Part shown: positions 1-14,115 of the stretch, piece after piece
How positions within the stretch are numbered: the first letter of the stretch is position 1
Layout: each line of letters begins with the position of its first letter
Assembly (NCBI GenBank): GCA_016748015.1
Contig: JAAOMT010000302.1
Location: 124,001 to 188,000, forward strand
DNA from: Geosiphon pyriformis uo1
Lineage: Eukaryota; Fungi; Glomeromycota
Direction: 5' to 3'
DNA: 64,000 nucleotides
Notes under the pieces: model-generated
What the model saw: only the letters and a program-made list of their open reading frames with translations
What the model was told of the DNA's origin: nothing
Databases searched by the model: none
Program-made: the position numbers and the translations under genes

Positions 1-2056
1 TGATACAAATTAATTAGTCGAGTATTCGGGAAGGAAAAAAAAAATAAATTAAAAAAATAAATTAATTTGAAGAATAAGTATCGCGGGAATATTTTTTTGA
101 CAACTTTAAAGTTCTCAATGAACTAATTTTTGTCTATCCTAATCTAGTAACAAAGCTAAAATACTTGAAAAAAAAAAAGCGATTATCTTGATAAAAGATA
201 TTTATTTTGCCAAGTAAAAATTAAAAAAAGGTTTAATTGAATCTAACAATTTTTTGTATTTTTGATAAGCCCATTTCATGGTTCAAATCTTATTTTATAT
301 ATCAAAAATTATACTAACTAGCTTAAAAAATCATTAAAACTATTTTATTTTCAGGTTCAATATTAAATTTATTTTACAGTAAAAAATTTTATATTAATAT
401 TTTTTTACAATTCAGATTCCCATTTTACGCGTTTTTCATGTATCAAAAAAGTCTAAATTCTTAACCTTTTTATTTTACATGACACTATTCAAAAAAAAAA
501 AAAAAAAAAAATTTGAAAACCTTTAACCGTGACTTTTCGGACGTTACCAAAAGGGATTTTATTTCAGCCACTGGCTAACCTAATGAAATTTTAGACTCTA
601 GGGCGTACTTTTTTCATTTATTAAATTTAAGAATGCTCTTTGTATTGATTCTACGATTTCGTTTCATAGTTTTCTTGAAAAACCAAAATGCCTAAAACCA
701 GAATTTAAAAAGACGCCTTACTCATTTATATCTTCAGATGGTAGCATGTTTTTTAAAACCCCATTTAAACAAATAGTAAGCTCACTAAATACTAAAAATA
801 AAAATCTTTGTAATTGTGTAAATAGATTACAGCGACTTTGATCATACCACCATTTAATTCATTCTTTAGAAGAACAATTTCTCCTAAATTCAACATGCAA
901 CTCCTTTTATTACAGTAAAACAAATGGTCGCTAAAAATAGGATTCCATTTTGAAACTGAGATTTACATACATTTGTCATAATTATTTGAAATCTTATTAC
1001 ACACTATTATTTTAGATCAAGTTTTCTTTGGCAAACCATCAAATACATGATTCATTTTAATCCTTTGAAAAAAAATTGACATGACGAAAATTTCCCCCAG
1101 ATAAGTTTTTAGATTTTTTAGAGATAGTTACAATTTTTCATGTTAATATCCTTTATTTTAAAAGGTAGGAACAGCGAAAATTCGGGATTCTAAAAGCAGT
1201 AAAATTTTCGGGCCGGAATTTTTAAGGATCAATGAAGAAATTTGTCCAAACGAGGGAAGATTTCAGACCAAACTTTCTATAAATGCAATCAATTCTAGTA
1301 AAAGTATAGATTCCTATTAAAGAAATAGGAAAATCAAAGACCTAAATCTCTGAAAGAATTTATTTTTAAAATATGGGCTTCGCGATTCAGATAACTCTGT
1401 TTTGAAAAATAATTAAACCCTAAGATGGTTTCATAAAAAAAGTTGGCGTTAAAAAAGGAAGAAATGATAATCGACGTACATAATTTTCATCAAATAATAA
1501 TTGATTTTCAGATAGAAATTCCAGTTATGTTAAAAATCATTAAAGACTTTGTTGTCAAATCATTTCAAAAAGGAATACTTTTTATTATTACAGCAAATTT
1601 GGCCAGTCTTTGAATACATTATCGCAGTTTTATTTTTAAAGAATTACTAAGCTTGAAAGCAACTTAAAAGGATTCATGTTTATTGTGGTTCCCGATGCAC
1701 TTACAGCCAGTAGTTTCTCTTTTGATAATCATTTGTTAACCAGAAAAAGTAATTTTTCATTGTATAAACATTTTTACCTATTCTTTTCGCGACTGAAAAG
1801 ACAGCGGTGTGGTATCGAGAAGAAAAGAAAATAAAAGAAATTTTTTTAATAAACTTTTAAAGATCATATTTTGTAGCCAAAGAATTTATGTTAATGCTTT
1901 AGGATGAATTAATTTCTAGAAGGTTATAAGCACAGCCGTACTTGGAACTGAAAAATATTAAATGAAGCGAATTTTCTAAAGAGCCAAATTTTTCCCTTCT
2001 AAAAAATTCACTATAACCTTAGAAAAAATAATCTACCCTCTTGACCCGAGCTTTTT

Positions 2057-3280
2057 TCATATCCATCCAACTTGATTAAAGAATTCCCAGAGCTTACTGG
2101 CCTTATTCACATCAATTCTTAACAATCGTTGCGCATCACTTTTTCGAAATGGCAAAGAACGTGTTCGATACCGGCGTGAAGCGGTAATCAAACAATGCTT
2201 GGCGTTCAAGTATTGTAAAGGGGTTAGGCGAAAAGTTGATGCCGCCGGAATTTCATTTTGATGCAGTTCCTCAAAATGTGGCAAATTCTGAATTGATAAT
2301 GGGTGACCTTTCCAACTCACATCGATATTCCCAATTTCTAATAAACTATTATCAAGTTGTAATTCCGAAAGTTCTTTCAGAAGGTGGGAAATTTCGAGTT
2401 GGACAACAGGTATTGCTGGACGATTAGCTTGTAAATCACCAATTAGAACCGATGTCATACCAACTGGATTAAGTGACATATCTAAGAGACCTTGGTCAGC
2501 CAAAACACGTGCCAAAGAATTACCCTTTCGTCGAATTTCTTTTTGTTTCTTTGATTTGTTATTGCATTTTAGGGAATAAGTGCTGTTTAGGATATATGGT
2601 TTAGGTGTTGAAGGTTCTGAAGATTCATTTGATGAGAAGAATAAGTTGTTTGATTCGAACGAAACGGGATTTGTTTGGTCGAAAGGTCGAGTCAGACACG
2701 GTTGTAAAGGATCGAAATACATGATATCCTTGAAAGCTTTTACTTTGAAAGTTATCCCTCCTGAGGTTTTACTCGGAGAACGCATTGGATATGGATTTTT
2801 TCTTGAGCCATGACGCCTTTTTACAATCTTTGCCTTTTCAGCTGATTCAATTCTTGATCGATTCATTATTATGTTTAATGAATTTGAGGATGAGAAATCC
2901 TCTTCGTCATCTTTTATTCCAAACAATGTTCTAATTTCGGGGGGAGCTTCGAGAAGATAGAATCTTGATTTTTTTCTTGGTACTATTGTCGAAATATTTT
3001 TGTTATTTTCAATAGAAATTTCTTGAGTTTTTAATTGTTGCGATTCAATATTCTTGAATGAACAATTAGTTATGGTGTCTTCATTAGGTGAGAGCGGTGG
3101 AGTTCCAGGTGATTCATTTGAATCAAGAGTATTTGTTGTATTACTCAAATATTGTTTGAGATTATTACGATGCTCAAAGTTAGAATCAGGCGGAAGTCTT
3201 TTTCCATCATTTTCAGTGAATTGATTATTGAAAGAATTTGTGTTGAGAGAGCAAGCAAAAATTTGATTTCTACGATCCAT
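2057..3280 (-). CDS. SWIRM-domain protein, Fun19/Ada2 C-terminal type
   Basis: 407-aa ATG-started ORF. Low-complexity N-terminus; C-terminus LTPLQYL...FRKSDAQRLLRIDVNKASKLWEFFNQVGWI matches the Fun19-type SWIRM signature. Confidence 0.85.
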   Translation of the reverse strand: MDRRNQIFACSLNTNSFNNQFTENDGKRLPPDSNFEHRNNLKQYLSNTTNTLDSNESPGTPPLSPNEDTITNCSFKNIESQQLKTQEISIENNKNISTIVPRKKSRFYLLEAPPEIRTLFGIKDDEEDFSSSNSLNIIMNRSRIESAEKAKIVKRRHGSRKNPYPMRSPSKTSGGITFKVKAFKDIMYFDPLQPCLTRPFDQTNPVSFESNNLFFSSNESSEPSTPKPYILNSTYSLKCNNKSKKQKEIRRKGNSLARVLADQGLLDMSLNPVGMTSVLIGDLQANRPAIPVVQLEISHLLKELSELQLDNSLLEIGNIDVSWKGHPLSIQNLPHFEELHQNEIPAASTFRLTPLQYLNAKHCLITASRRYRTRSLPFRKSDAQRLLRIDVNKASKLWEFFNQVGWI

Positions 3281-4199
3281 GTTTATAAAACTTTTTCGTA
3301 AGAGTATTTGAAGAAAGTCAAAAAAAGCTTTTTTAAAATTTTGAGTTTTGTATATTGATTAAAATTTATTTATTTTATTTTATTTTATTTTATGAGAAGG
3401 AAGAGCTTTTAGAAAGAAAGAAAGAAAGCAAAAGAGTTTAAATGGTACTTGAAAAAATTGCAAACTTAAGACACTATTTCAAAACATTCGAATTTCGATC
3501 TACTGATTGTTAAATGAGCCGATAATTGAATAACAGAGAAAAAGCAATCAGTAATTGAGGTTTTTATCTCAATTTATTAAGATTGAAAATCATGAAAAAT
3601 TTTTTTTATACTCTTAAAATAAAAAACTCCGATTGATTGATTTCCAAATGATAGAAAGTCTACATAGACTAGCCAACTGTAACACATATTTTTCCTTTTC
3701 AAGCTCCAATTCAAGTTTTTAAGATTAGGAGTAGTGTTTTAATGAAACTCGAATTCTTTAGAGCAGTTCTGTTTTGAAATTAAATCAAAGCAAAAGCAAA
3801 GCAAAGGAAATGAAACTTGAAAAACTTTTATAAAAGTAACCCTTTTTTAACTTTTTCCGATTACTTTTAAAAAATGATCTAATAATAAACATTAAAACTA
3901 GTCTTTTAATAAAAATAATATATAAAAGCATGCAACAAATATCGAGATAAAATTCATTAAAATTACTTTGTTAATTATTACTTTTTTCTTCTTTTCTTTT
4001 TTTTTAAAAAAAAATGTTTTTAGTCGATGTCAAAGATTGGATGATAGACCATTTGAGCAATAAATTTCATAAGCTTTGTGCAGCTTTGTTTTGTGATTAA
4101 AAAGAAACTAAATTTTTTTTGACGCTACTCAAAATTAATGTCCGCATTAAAATAAATTATAAATAAATATATATATATATATATATATATAATCAGCTC

Positions 4200-4720
4200 A
4201 CAACAAAAAATGTCGTACCCAAAATGAGCTAGGTGATATCTTTGGAGTGACAGATCTAACAGTCTGTAAATAAAATTGTTTTTAGCTCATAGACGACAGA
4301 CTAGGCAAACCAAGAATCAGAGGAAGAATCTTTAAACTCTTACATACAGTGTTTCCTGAACACAAAAACGTTTGATAAGACAATATATATATATATATAT
4401 ATATAGTCAATTATGCAGTTTTCATTTGAATGAAACTTTTAAAGACATGGATATTCATTAAAGATGCACTTATCCTATTTTCAATGGCTAGTTATTTGTG
4501 ATGAAACCCAAATTGTGTGTATAGATAAATTAAAATAATAAAATTTAATTTTGATATATAAAAATCTTTTAAATATTTGATATCATTTACAAGTTTAAAT
4601 AAAAATATTATTAATAAATATAGTAAACAAAAAATTTTATTTTATTTGGAAACTTTTAATGCTTTAAGAAAATAATGATTAAATGTTCTAAAAAAAATCA
4701 TTATGGTGAATAAATTTCTA
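4200..4720 (+). mobile_element. Possible degenerate IS607-type TnpA (MerR-like HTH + serine recombinase) relic
   Basis: Fragments in expected order across frames: NELGDIFGVTDLTV (HTH), AHRR, VS*TQKRLIRQ (cf. RVSS..QK.DL.RQ), VCIDKL (cf. DRL). Interrupted by (TA)n tracts and stops. Confidence 0.35.
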
Positions 4721-5199
4721 TAAAGGTCAGAATGGTGAAAGAATGACAAAGACCTATTTATTAATTACTAATAAAAAAATAAAAGTAGGGCTGAAAAGAA
4801 AAAAGGTTAGTGGTCATTATTGAAAACAAAAATGGTCATTAGAAAATTGACAATGCGTCAATATGCTGATCCACTCCTTTTACCAATAATATTTAAAAAG
4901 AAAACAGTTTTACTATTTAAAATAAAATCCCATGAATAAAGTGAAAATAATCTAAAAAAGGAAAATTAAATCCTTATTGAATTTTAACTTTTCCCTTCAA
5001 CGCCTTTCTATAGAGCCTCATTGTCGTTATGTGTTACAAATGTTAAAGAAAAAAAAGTCCAGAGAACAAATCTTTGGTAGAGTATGACATCTAAGAGCAA
5101 TCTGGAAGATGTTACATCACAGTCTCCAAAGTCAATGGCTTGGACTTTTCTCTCTTTTTCTTTTTAATACCTTCATCGGCACTTAATTTTGATGCCTTC

Positions 5200-6640
5200 T
5201 ATGTCCTTTGTGGATATATGAACCGGATAGGCATTGGCCGGCCAACCAAACAAGTCTTTAACAAAACATTGAAGAATAATTGAGGATTGAATTTCTCCTA
5301 GAGAAAGTGTTAACATAAAATTGCCAATTTGGATTTAACACCATGACAAATGCTATGAGTGTCATTGTGAATTAGAAGAAGAGGATTCCTCAATGGAATG
5401 GGATAAAAATGAATTAATATGGTTTTGATGAAAAGGGAAACTATCATTCTTTACACAATAGCGAATGCTAGTTCTGGACCCAGAACTCAGTAATCTGTTT
5501 AAAGGGTTTATGGGAAAAAGAAGGGAAATCAGTTTCGTACATTACGAAAGTGTGGTATTCGATTATAAGATTCACAAGAGCACGAAAGTACGTCAGATGT
5601 GGAACAAAAACGGTGGGATCATTGAATGTATTCTTCACAGTAGTTTTAACTATTCTGTTTTCTTTGCAATTATTTGATTGATTAACACACTGGTAATTAT
5701 ATAATTAAGTATTCCTACCTATTATTGGACCACGATCGCTCAGTTTCCGATTCATCTAACGTATGTTTTTACTTACCGTGATGTGCTTCTTGGGTTTCAT
5801 GAACGTCACACATCAATCGTACTCAGGCTTATAATATAAGGAGATGGAAGATTTTGAAGTAGCTCAAGGAAATGCATCTAAAACAATTTAAGGGCTTGTA
5901 CTGAAAGTTCAAGTGGAGGTTGATACAAAGAGTTTGACTTTTAGATTAGTATCGAACAAACATTATATGATGAACTCGTGGATGAATCGTCATGAATCTA
6001 ATCGCAAGAACATATGTTTGGTAAGTTTTGCAAATTCTTCCCTTTCAAACCCTTTGGGATTGTGAAATAAATGCTGCCCATAACATCCGTTCTTCTTTTT
6101 CTAGACTTTTTCTAGTACCAGATTGACGAAATTACAGTCCGAATCAGTGTTCTACATTGTTGACTGGGAATTTCTTAAATTTTTTAGGTCACAATGGAAA
6201 AAGTAAAAATAGAAATTGTCTACAGCTTCAATCATTGATCGAAAAATTATGTGGAAGGTGACATGTGCTAAGGGATGATAGCCGAGGATTGGATTATGGA
6301 GCTAGATTCGATTCAATCAAAAAGTGTTTGATCCCATTATTACCAAAAATTATCAAGCTGATTTCAGATCAAATAACGGATACCACCCTACAACAAAAGC
6401 CTTTGGCAATGTTTCTTGTTGGAAAGTTTTTGAATCAATATATATATTTACTTTTTTGAAAATTTTATTTTCAATTTCAATACAAAATTTAATATACAAC
6501 TTTGAAAAGTTAGCTGGACGTGGTACGCAAGTCGAAGCAAATAAAGAATTTTCAAAAATATTTAAACCTGCTTTTGAAAACCAAGATTTGACCACTTTCA
6601 AAGTGTATTATACGCCCATGGCACATGCAAAGTAATGTAA
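5200..6640 (+). pseudogene. HSPA12-like (Hsp70/actin-like ATPase) pseudogene
   Basis: Frameshifted fragments MIAEDWIMELD, (V/M)FDPII / KIIKLISDQI, AMFLVG, FEKLAGRGTQVEANKEFSKIFKPAFENQDLTTFKVYYT, typical of the fungal HSPA12 C-terminal half. Many stops; 5' boundary approximate. Confidence 0.7.
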
Positions 6641-8129
6641 ACAGTGAAGCGTGTGTTATTTTGACTCATTGCATATAGGTTTGTCTTTGTTTTACCCTGG
6701 TTATCTCATAAACAGTTTACATTTTTACTTCGTTCATTGTAGATTTTGTTTTGATCAACCAATTGAATTTCCTTAAATTTGGAAAATTTAACTTGGAAAG
6801 GAAAAGTACGGAATAGACTTACTAGACGTTTTTATCAAATTTTGTGAAAAATGGTTTACTTTGTCAGCTAGAACAAGTATTGGTATAAGAAGCTAATAAC
6901 CATCAATTTATAAGAGTTTTTTATGAAAATGAAATATATACTTGTTGAATTTTTCGCAGCTGGTAAATAAACTAATTAAATGTAAACTGACATCTTTTAA
7001 ATGGTAAAACATTAAGAATTGTGAAATTTTCAATAATACAGTGTATGACAAAAAAATGACTACCACATTTCAACCAATGAATCAAATTAGATAAAAATTT
7101 ATCTAAAAAATTACATATTTACATTTAATAAGATATTAAAATGCTGTTTTCCATCATTTTTTTATTAATCATTCCAATTTTTTCTAATTTTTAGTAGTTT
7201 AAACAAATGATAATTTTAAACATACAATTCTGATTTGAACTTGTAAAATATTGTTTTTACAATATAAAAAGAAAAATGTTAAATTTTATGTTATAAAATA
7301 TGTTTAATTTATAAATAAAAATTATAAAAAATATATATATATATATACAAATTTAAAACTTGGAATTATAGCAAATTAAGTTAATTATAATAAAACTATA
7401 ATATTTTATTAAATTCATATTAAAGAAAAAAATAAAAAGATAAATAATAAATATTTGGTTAAATTTTAAAAAGATAATAACAAATTTTAAATATATTCAA
7501 AAAATTTATATAATGTAAAAAGCTTAGAATGTAAGTTTTATAAGATAATAATCGAAAATATTGGCCAAGATTAATTATATTACTTGACTAAAATTTAAAA
7601 AAATTAATATAATTAAAATTAGTAAACATTAAAAAGTTAAAAATAAAAATCATTTATTAAAAATTAATAAGTAATTTTAATTATTTTTGTTTTATCAATT
7701 GCAATTATGCTGTTTTTCAACCAATTAAGAAAAACATAATAATAATAATAATAATAATAATTAAATTAGGTAATTTTGTTTTAATTAAGAAATATTGCCT
7801 GTTTTTAATAATAAAAATGGTCATTTGAAAAATATTTAAATACTAAACTAATTTGAGAAAATAATTTAAAAATATTAATAAAAATCACATATTTTAATTT
7901 TACTTCGCTTAATAACAATTAAAATTACCTCAAGTAATGATTACATTAAAAACAATAATTAATAATATTCAAGTTTTTATTGTTGAGTAAATTAATAAAT
8001 TAAAATTACTTTCTTTTAGATACAATGTGTTCCATTTACTTCTATTATTTTGTACTTATGACATTCTTTTGCTTATATTTCTGCAATATTTTCTTCTTTT
8101 TTCACATATTTCCGCAACATAATTAATTG

Positions 8130-8415
8130 AAAATCATTCATTTGGGATGAGCCGAGACCAATCAAGCAGCTATTGTGGGAATTGAGAAAGAGGTGTTGGA
8201 TATGGTTGGTAAACGAATTTCGGACAGTTCATTATGTAAGTGTTGATTTTTCATTTAAAAGCATTTTTGGGCATTTCTCGTTTTATTTTGTTTTCATAGA
8301 CTCACTGGAATCTTGATGTTGATGCTGCTCAAAATGTAAGGAATATCTTATCCAGTGAACTCTGGTGGTGCCTACAATGGGATAATAAATAACCCAAAAT
8401 TTATGATAGGCTAGG
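8130..8415 (+). mobile_element. Fanzor1-family relic, copy A (C-terminus + 3' tail)
   Basis: RPIKQLLWELRKRCWIWLVNEFRT; 64-nt GTAAGT...CATAG intron at 8236-8299; THWNLDVDAAQNVRNI; tail ends GATAGGCTAGG. Confidence 0.8.
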
Positions 8416-8664
8416 ACCCCTAAATACATGTTGCTCATTATAAATGAATTTCTAAATTCAAAGGTCTCGAAGAAATATGTATATATTCTTAAAAAACATC
8501 TAATTTTAATTTCTTGTCATAAATAGGTGCTTTTCTAAAATAATTATATTGACTCGATTTTTGCACTAAAGGGAAATAAATCTAATCTATAAGATAAGTA
8601 TAATTGGTTTCCAAGGTAAACAAATTCCGGCTAAAAGTCTTCGATTCTGTTTAAAGAAAAATGA

Positions 8665-10291
8665 TTAAAAAACTGTCTGGAAGAAAAAAAAGAAAAATTC
8701 AGAAATTGGATACTGCCTTGAGTCAAATAAACTTGATAATTGATCATCAGCAGCCGATATTCCTTCTTCTAAAGCAGCCCGGTACCATCGAATCGCTGTG
8801 TGAACGTCTCGCGCGACACCATCCCCGTGTTCATAACAAATACCAACCATCACTTGACCAAACGGGTTTCCGGCTTCTGCGGATTTTTTATACCAAAAGA
8901 GGGCAGTCTTTAAATTTTCTTGAGTGCTTTTACCTTGATGATAGCATGTTCCCAAATGATACTGGCCTTGTGGGTCTGGATTGAATTGAATTGAAAATTT
9001 TTATTTAAAATCCAAGTGCCTTCTTTTAAAAATTATTAAGGTAAAATTCGAGCATTTCAAACAAACCTCCACTATTAGCAGATTTTCGATACCATTCAAA
9101 CCCTTTCTCTTCATCTACCTCAGTTCCCAGGCCTTTCTGATAGCACCAACCAATATTAAATTGAGCAGCTGAATTTCCATCATTTGCCAAGTTTTCAAAC
9201 CATTCAAAGGCTTTATTTAGATTCTTATCTGTGCCAACCCCATCTCGTATGCAAATACCAACGTTGCATTGTGCTATGTGGTTTCCAGCATTAGCCGATT
9301 TCTGATACCAATAAAAAGCAGCATCTTTATCCTCGCGAGTTCCAATACCATGTTGATAGCAAAATCCAAGTGTACACTGTGTTTCGACATCACCGCCCTC
9401 TGCTGAACGTTTATACCAATAGAAAGCTTTTTTCTCATCTTTCTCCGTAGCGATTCCTTTCTCAAAGAAATATCCAACTTTGAACTGAGCCACCAGATCA
9501 TTGCCTTCAGCTGATCTTTGATAATACTCGAATGCTTGATTGTCATCTTTTCGGGTTCCTATTCCATTTTCGAAACAGTTTGCGTAATTATAAAGTCCTG
9601 CCATGTTCCCATTTTCTGCTGAAGTTTTATACCAATGGAAGGCCCTTTCTTCGTTCCTCGGCACTCCAATTCCTTGTTTGAAACAGTAACCAAGAAAGTT
9701 TTGGCCAAATCTATTGCCTTCTTCTGCTGCTTTTTTATAGTATTTAAAAGCCATTTTTTCATTTAATGTTGTTCCAATTCCGTATTCGTGACATAGTCCC
9801 AGCAAGCATGGCGATTGTTTTCGTCGTTTCTCGCAGTTAAGGATGTTAAAAATCACTAAAGCATCTTGATTGCATTTTTTAATATGTTCTTTGAGTTCTG
9901 TCGACATTTTTTCAAAATATTCCCCTCGATTAAGTGCCGCGGAAAATACCTCAATTATTTGATCAACGACTGTGATGGCATCTATAACCTCAACACTTTC
10001 GTCGCTTGAAGATTGGCCAATTTCCTGACATTCAGCCAAGAAGCATTGCGATGACAACATTGAATCATCATTATTATCTTTCGAGGAGCCTTCAGAAGTC
10101 TGATCGAAAATATAACAATTCTGTGAAAGATTTCGCATCATATGTGCCAACTTATCTTCAGCTTTGAAATCATGCAGAGTGGATGGGGAAAGATCACAGA
10201 TATTTGATAGTTTTGTGTCCACATTTGTTAACCTTTGGAATGATTCAACCAAAGAAATAACTGTCTTATCACCGAAAGGATCGTTTGACAT
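8665..10291 (-). CDS. Sel1-repeat protein 1 (9 repeats, 2 exons)
   Basis: ATG at 10291. GT-AG intron 9066-8976 joins in frame (SANSG/DPQGQYHLG). Nine ~36-aa Sel1 repeats; last repeat RDVHTAIRWY. Confidence 0.9.
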
Positions 10292-13200
10292 ATCGTTTCG
10301 AAATACTGTTAAAAGTTTCAAGAGAGAAATTATTAATTATATTAAAGATAGAGACAATAAAAATTCTCGGAACTTTCCTGAAACTCGATAGGTCTGACTC
10401 AGGAGTGACCTGAATAGTATTTTTACTTTTTCATGTAAGGGATTAACTAAATGATTAACATTAATTCGACTTGAATCACGGATTGTGAGTAACGTTTTGA
10501 GCCGATCATTAGGTTCGACCTTTTTGTAATAATCGGGGTTTGGATTGCAAGGAATTTGATTCGTATAACATTGAACAATGAGCAGCATCTTTATATAACC
10601 AGAAACTAGAATAAAAACCGGAAAAAACAAGATGATAAAGTTAGTTTTAATAACAAAAATTTTAAAATGTTTATCGGGGATTTTCTCTGGTAAACAGAAT
10701 CAGGCTGAAAACAGTTTTCCATAATGAAAATATTTCTAAGCGATTGTGTTATCTGGAACCTCATGATTTTGCCAGGTATTTTATTGGCCAGTGCAAACCT
10801 TAATTTTCAAATCTTAATAGAACGAACAGGAATTATAAATGGCTTGGATTCTAGTGTGACAATCTTAAATGCATGTGTCAGGTATAGAATAACTCGGTCG
10901 CTCCTTAATTCGGCAAAGATTCAACCTTATTAGCTGGTTTATTGTTCCTTTTTAGACCTAAGAGCACTTCGGGGTCTTCTGATTGCAGGAGGCTTTTCAC
11001 TGGATGGCCTACTATTATAATTAAATCCTGGACAACAGCTTGAAGATCTGACCACATCTACAAATATTTTTTTAATCAAGTATTCTCAGTTTGGAAAAAC
11101 TAGTGTTAAAACATTTAATTTTTGCCACGCTTACTTAGATCTAGAACAATACTTTGAGCTTTTAAGAAAACCACATATTTTCCGCATCTTTTTTTACCGA
11201 ATGAGTTACCTTTTAGGGAAGAGTCGGTATTCTCTCAATCTGATAGTAAGGGTACATATTTTCTCGAGGAAGGGAATATCAGTACGTAATTCAGTAATGG
11301 AAATCACCAACTCTGTTGATTATATAAATAAGAAATTTCAATATTTCCATTTCAACCAAGTTGGTCTTTTAACTATAATTTTCTAGCTAGATAATGAGTT
11401 AAGTGTGAGCGCAATTTTTGCTCAGATTAAATAAATTTGCAAAAAAATTTCACGCCAAATGACTGATAACTAGTTGTGTAATGGCCCGAGAGTAGCTTTA
11501 ATTTTGGAAAATTCTCTTACTGAACGGTGGGATGAAACAGGTTAAAAAAATCTTGCAAAAGGAGCAATATCATCATACAAAGACGTACCAAAACGGTTTT
11601 TTGAAAGCTTTGGTAGTGAGAATGGGAATTTTCTGATCGAAAATCCCCATTCTAAGCTGGGTGGACCAGTACAATTATCAGAGTTGATTAAAGACGAAGA
11701 ACTTTGTGCCGATAAAAATCAAATAAAACTAAAGTGCACTGAAGACGATAAAGCTATATAAATTTGTTTACTTTCTTATTGTAAAAAGAAAATCGAAGGA
11801 ATTGGAGAAATTTTTCTTAAGTGTCGAGCTTGATATGCAAAGAACTTAGATAATCTGAGAGCGGGCATTACTTCAAAACCTTATGGAATTTTTTCTATAA
11901 AGAAACAACAGTTTTTTTTATGAAGCTCAAAGAGTTCAATTCTATATAGCAACATTTTTCAAAAAAATTTTTGTTCCCAGCTTAAGTGCTATTTTTGCAA
12001 ATTAAATATTTAACTGAAACAATTTACAACATTTGATTGGAGATTATTATAAATATCCTTATTAATAATTGATAAAATTTTAAAATTTTAATTTTTGCAT
12101 TTTACAGAAATGTTATTGTTAAAGATTTCTAAAACAAAAATATTTTAATAATACTTGTTTTAAATAATTTATTATGCTAAATTATAAACATAAGAAATTA
12201 TCTAATGGTAAAAATTGATTTTTAATTAAATGTATATTTATGTATTTTATTAAAATATATATTCATTCTTTCTAGTCAATTATAATGAATTTCAGAATAT
12301 TTAATTTTTCTGAATTTCTAATATATATTTTTTTATATTGTTTTTAATAATATTATATCTTTATTATTAAACAACTAGTTGATAATTTTAGACATTTTTT
12401 TTTTGAAAAGCCTAAGTATTATGAACAGTCTGCTTTAAATTATTGTTTTGTTAAAACTGCTATTTATTTTTGAATATCTGTTTATTATCAAAAATATTTT
12501 TTCAAAGTATTTTATACAGAATTGCGCATTCATAATTTGTTAAAAGTAAATTTATTTTACTTTATCTACAGAATTTGTTCTAAATAAAGATTTTGATAAG
12601 ATTTTTTAATAATTTTGATTATAATAATCTAATTGAAATAGAGAATTTTTACCATATGTATTGCTTAAATTTAATAAAGCTTAGCATTGACTTTTTCATT
12701 CGAAGCCAATATTTCGGGTACTAATTTATCTGAAAAAAAAAGAAAAGTCAACAAACACGACCTTTATTAAATTTAGCTTCAAACCTCAGTTTTGGTTTGC
12801 ATTTTGAATAATATAATTTGAATAAGTTATACAAATTTTTATTTCAACTTAAAATTTTCCTTTACGGAGTGAATACACATAGGTTCGATAAAAAGAACAA
12901 TTTTCACCCTTTGTACCATAATTTACAACAAATAGTATTTTGGGTCATTATGCAAAAAATTTGCAAAAGACTCGAATATGACCAAATTGTCATATTGAGG
13001 CCCTCCAAGTTAATATATAAACATTTAAATATAATATTTGCAATAATGAATTTTGAAAAATGAAAAAGAAATCAATAAATAATTATTTTGCTTTCTTTCA
13101 AGCTAAGGCACATAAAAAATCAAAACGCGCGCAACCATTTTTATAAGAGTAATTGTCATACATTTTTCATTAAATTTATCCCCTTACACAAACCTTCTAT

Positions 13201-13424
13201 TTTAAAGTAATCATCTCTTGACAAAGTAATCAGTTTTAAAGTATCTAGAATGTAATTGACCAGTAGTAATTATGGTAGTTGAATCGAATTCAGATCAGAA
13301 GGATTTGTTTGTTGCAGTAAAAGGAAAAGAAAAATGTAATTCATTGTTCAACAAAAGAATGGTATTTCCAAAATGGATTTATCAGAGTAAGGAAGTCTGG
13401 ATTAAGCATGTTAACCATTCTGTA

Positions 13425-14076
13425 TAGTAAATATTTCGACTTTTTGATTTATTATATCTTTTTATTAAGTTATTTTAATGTTCATCTATTGGTATCTATA
13501 AACATTATCTTGAATTCTTCAACATATGCACATTCTTCTAGGATTTCATGTCACAAGACATTGGCATCGTATACAATAGAAATCATATATCAACTGTCAA
13601 AAGGCATATAATATTATATGTAAAAAGATAATGAAGAAAATTAGCAGGAAAATGGTGGCCATTTAGGCATGGGGAGTTTTCAAACACTTAAGTTTATGCA
13701 CCGAGACCAATTAAGCAGCTATTCCGAGAATTAAGAGAGTTAAAGTACTCCAGCGATCTTTGGTCAGTTCAATTATGTAAGTAAATGTGTCTGGTAAGTG
13801 TTCGCTTTCATTCAAAACCTTTTTTGGGAGTTTTTCATTTTGTGTCTCATTTTATTTTGTTTTCATGGACTCACTGGTAGTGTGATGTAAATGCTGCTCG
13901 AAAATCTAAGGTTTATGAACTCTGCTGCACATTCAATTATGAGAGAAATAACAATGGATTAATGCATAACCCGTTAGTTTAATTATTTATAAGACGGGAT
14001 GTAGCCTCCATTAGAGGATCTGAGGTTTGCAGTGCCGCGATTCTATAGGATTAGTTCCATATGGATGATTAGCTCG
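13425..14076 (+). mobile_element. Fanzor1-family relic, copy B (longest + strand copy)
   Basis: HMHILLGFHVTRHWHRIQ*KSYINCQKAY; APRPIKQLFREL; DLWSVQLCK*MCL; intron from 13794 with acceptor mutated to GG; THW*CDVNAAR; tail TATAAGACGGGATGTAGCCTCC...GATTAGCTCG. Confidence 0.8.
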
Positions 14077-14115
14077 ACTCGGAGTGAGGGGAAAGTGATG
14101 ATTCCAAAAGATCGA

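Noticed and set aside
8405-8415. Helitron 3' end (CTAG) for the Fanzor1 family
   Set aside because: CTAG occurs in copies A and E but is followed by G rather than T, and I could not establish a subterminal hairpin; the host superfamily is left unassigned.
11400-11950. Coding-like stretch (KNLAKGAISSYKDVPKRFFESF...)
   Set aside because: Multiple stops and no recognisable family; may be a pseudogene fragment but cannot be called.
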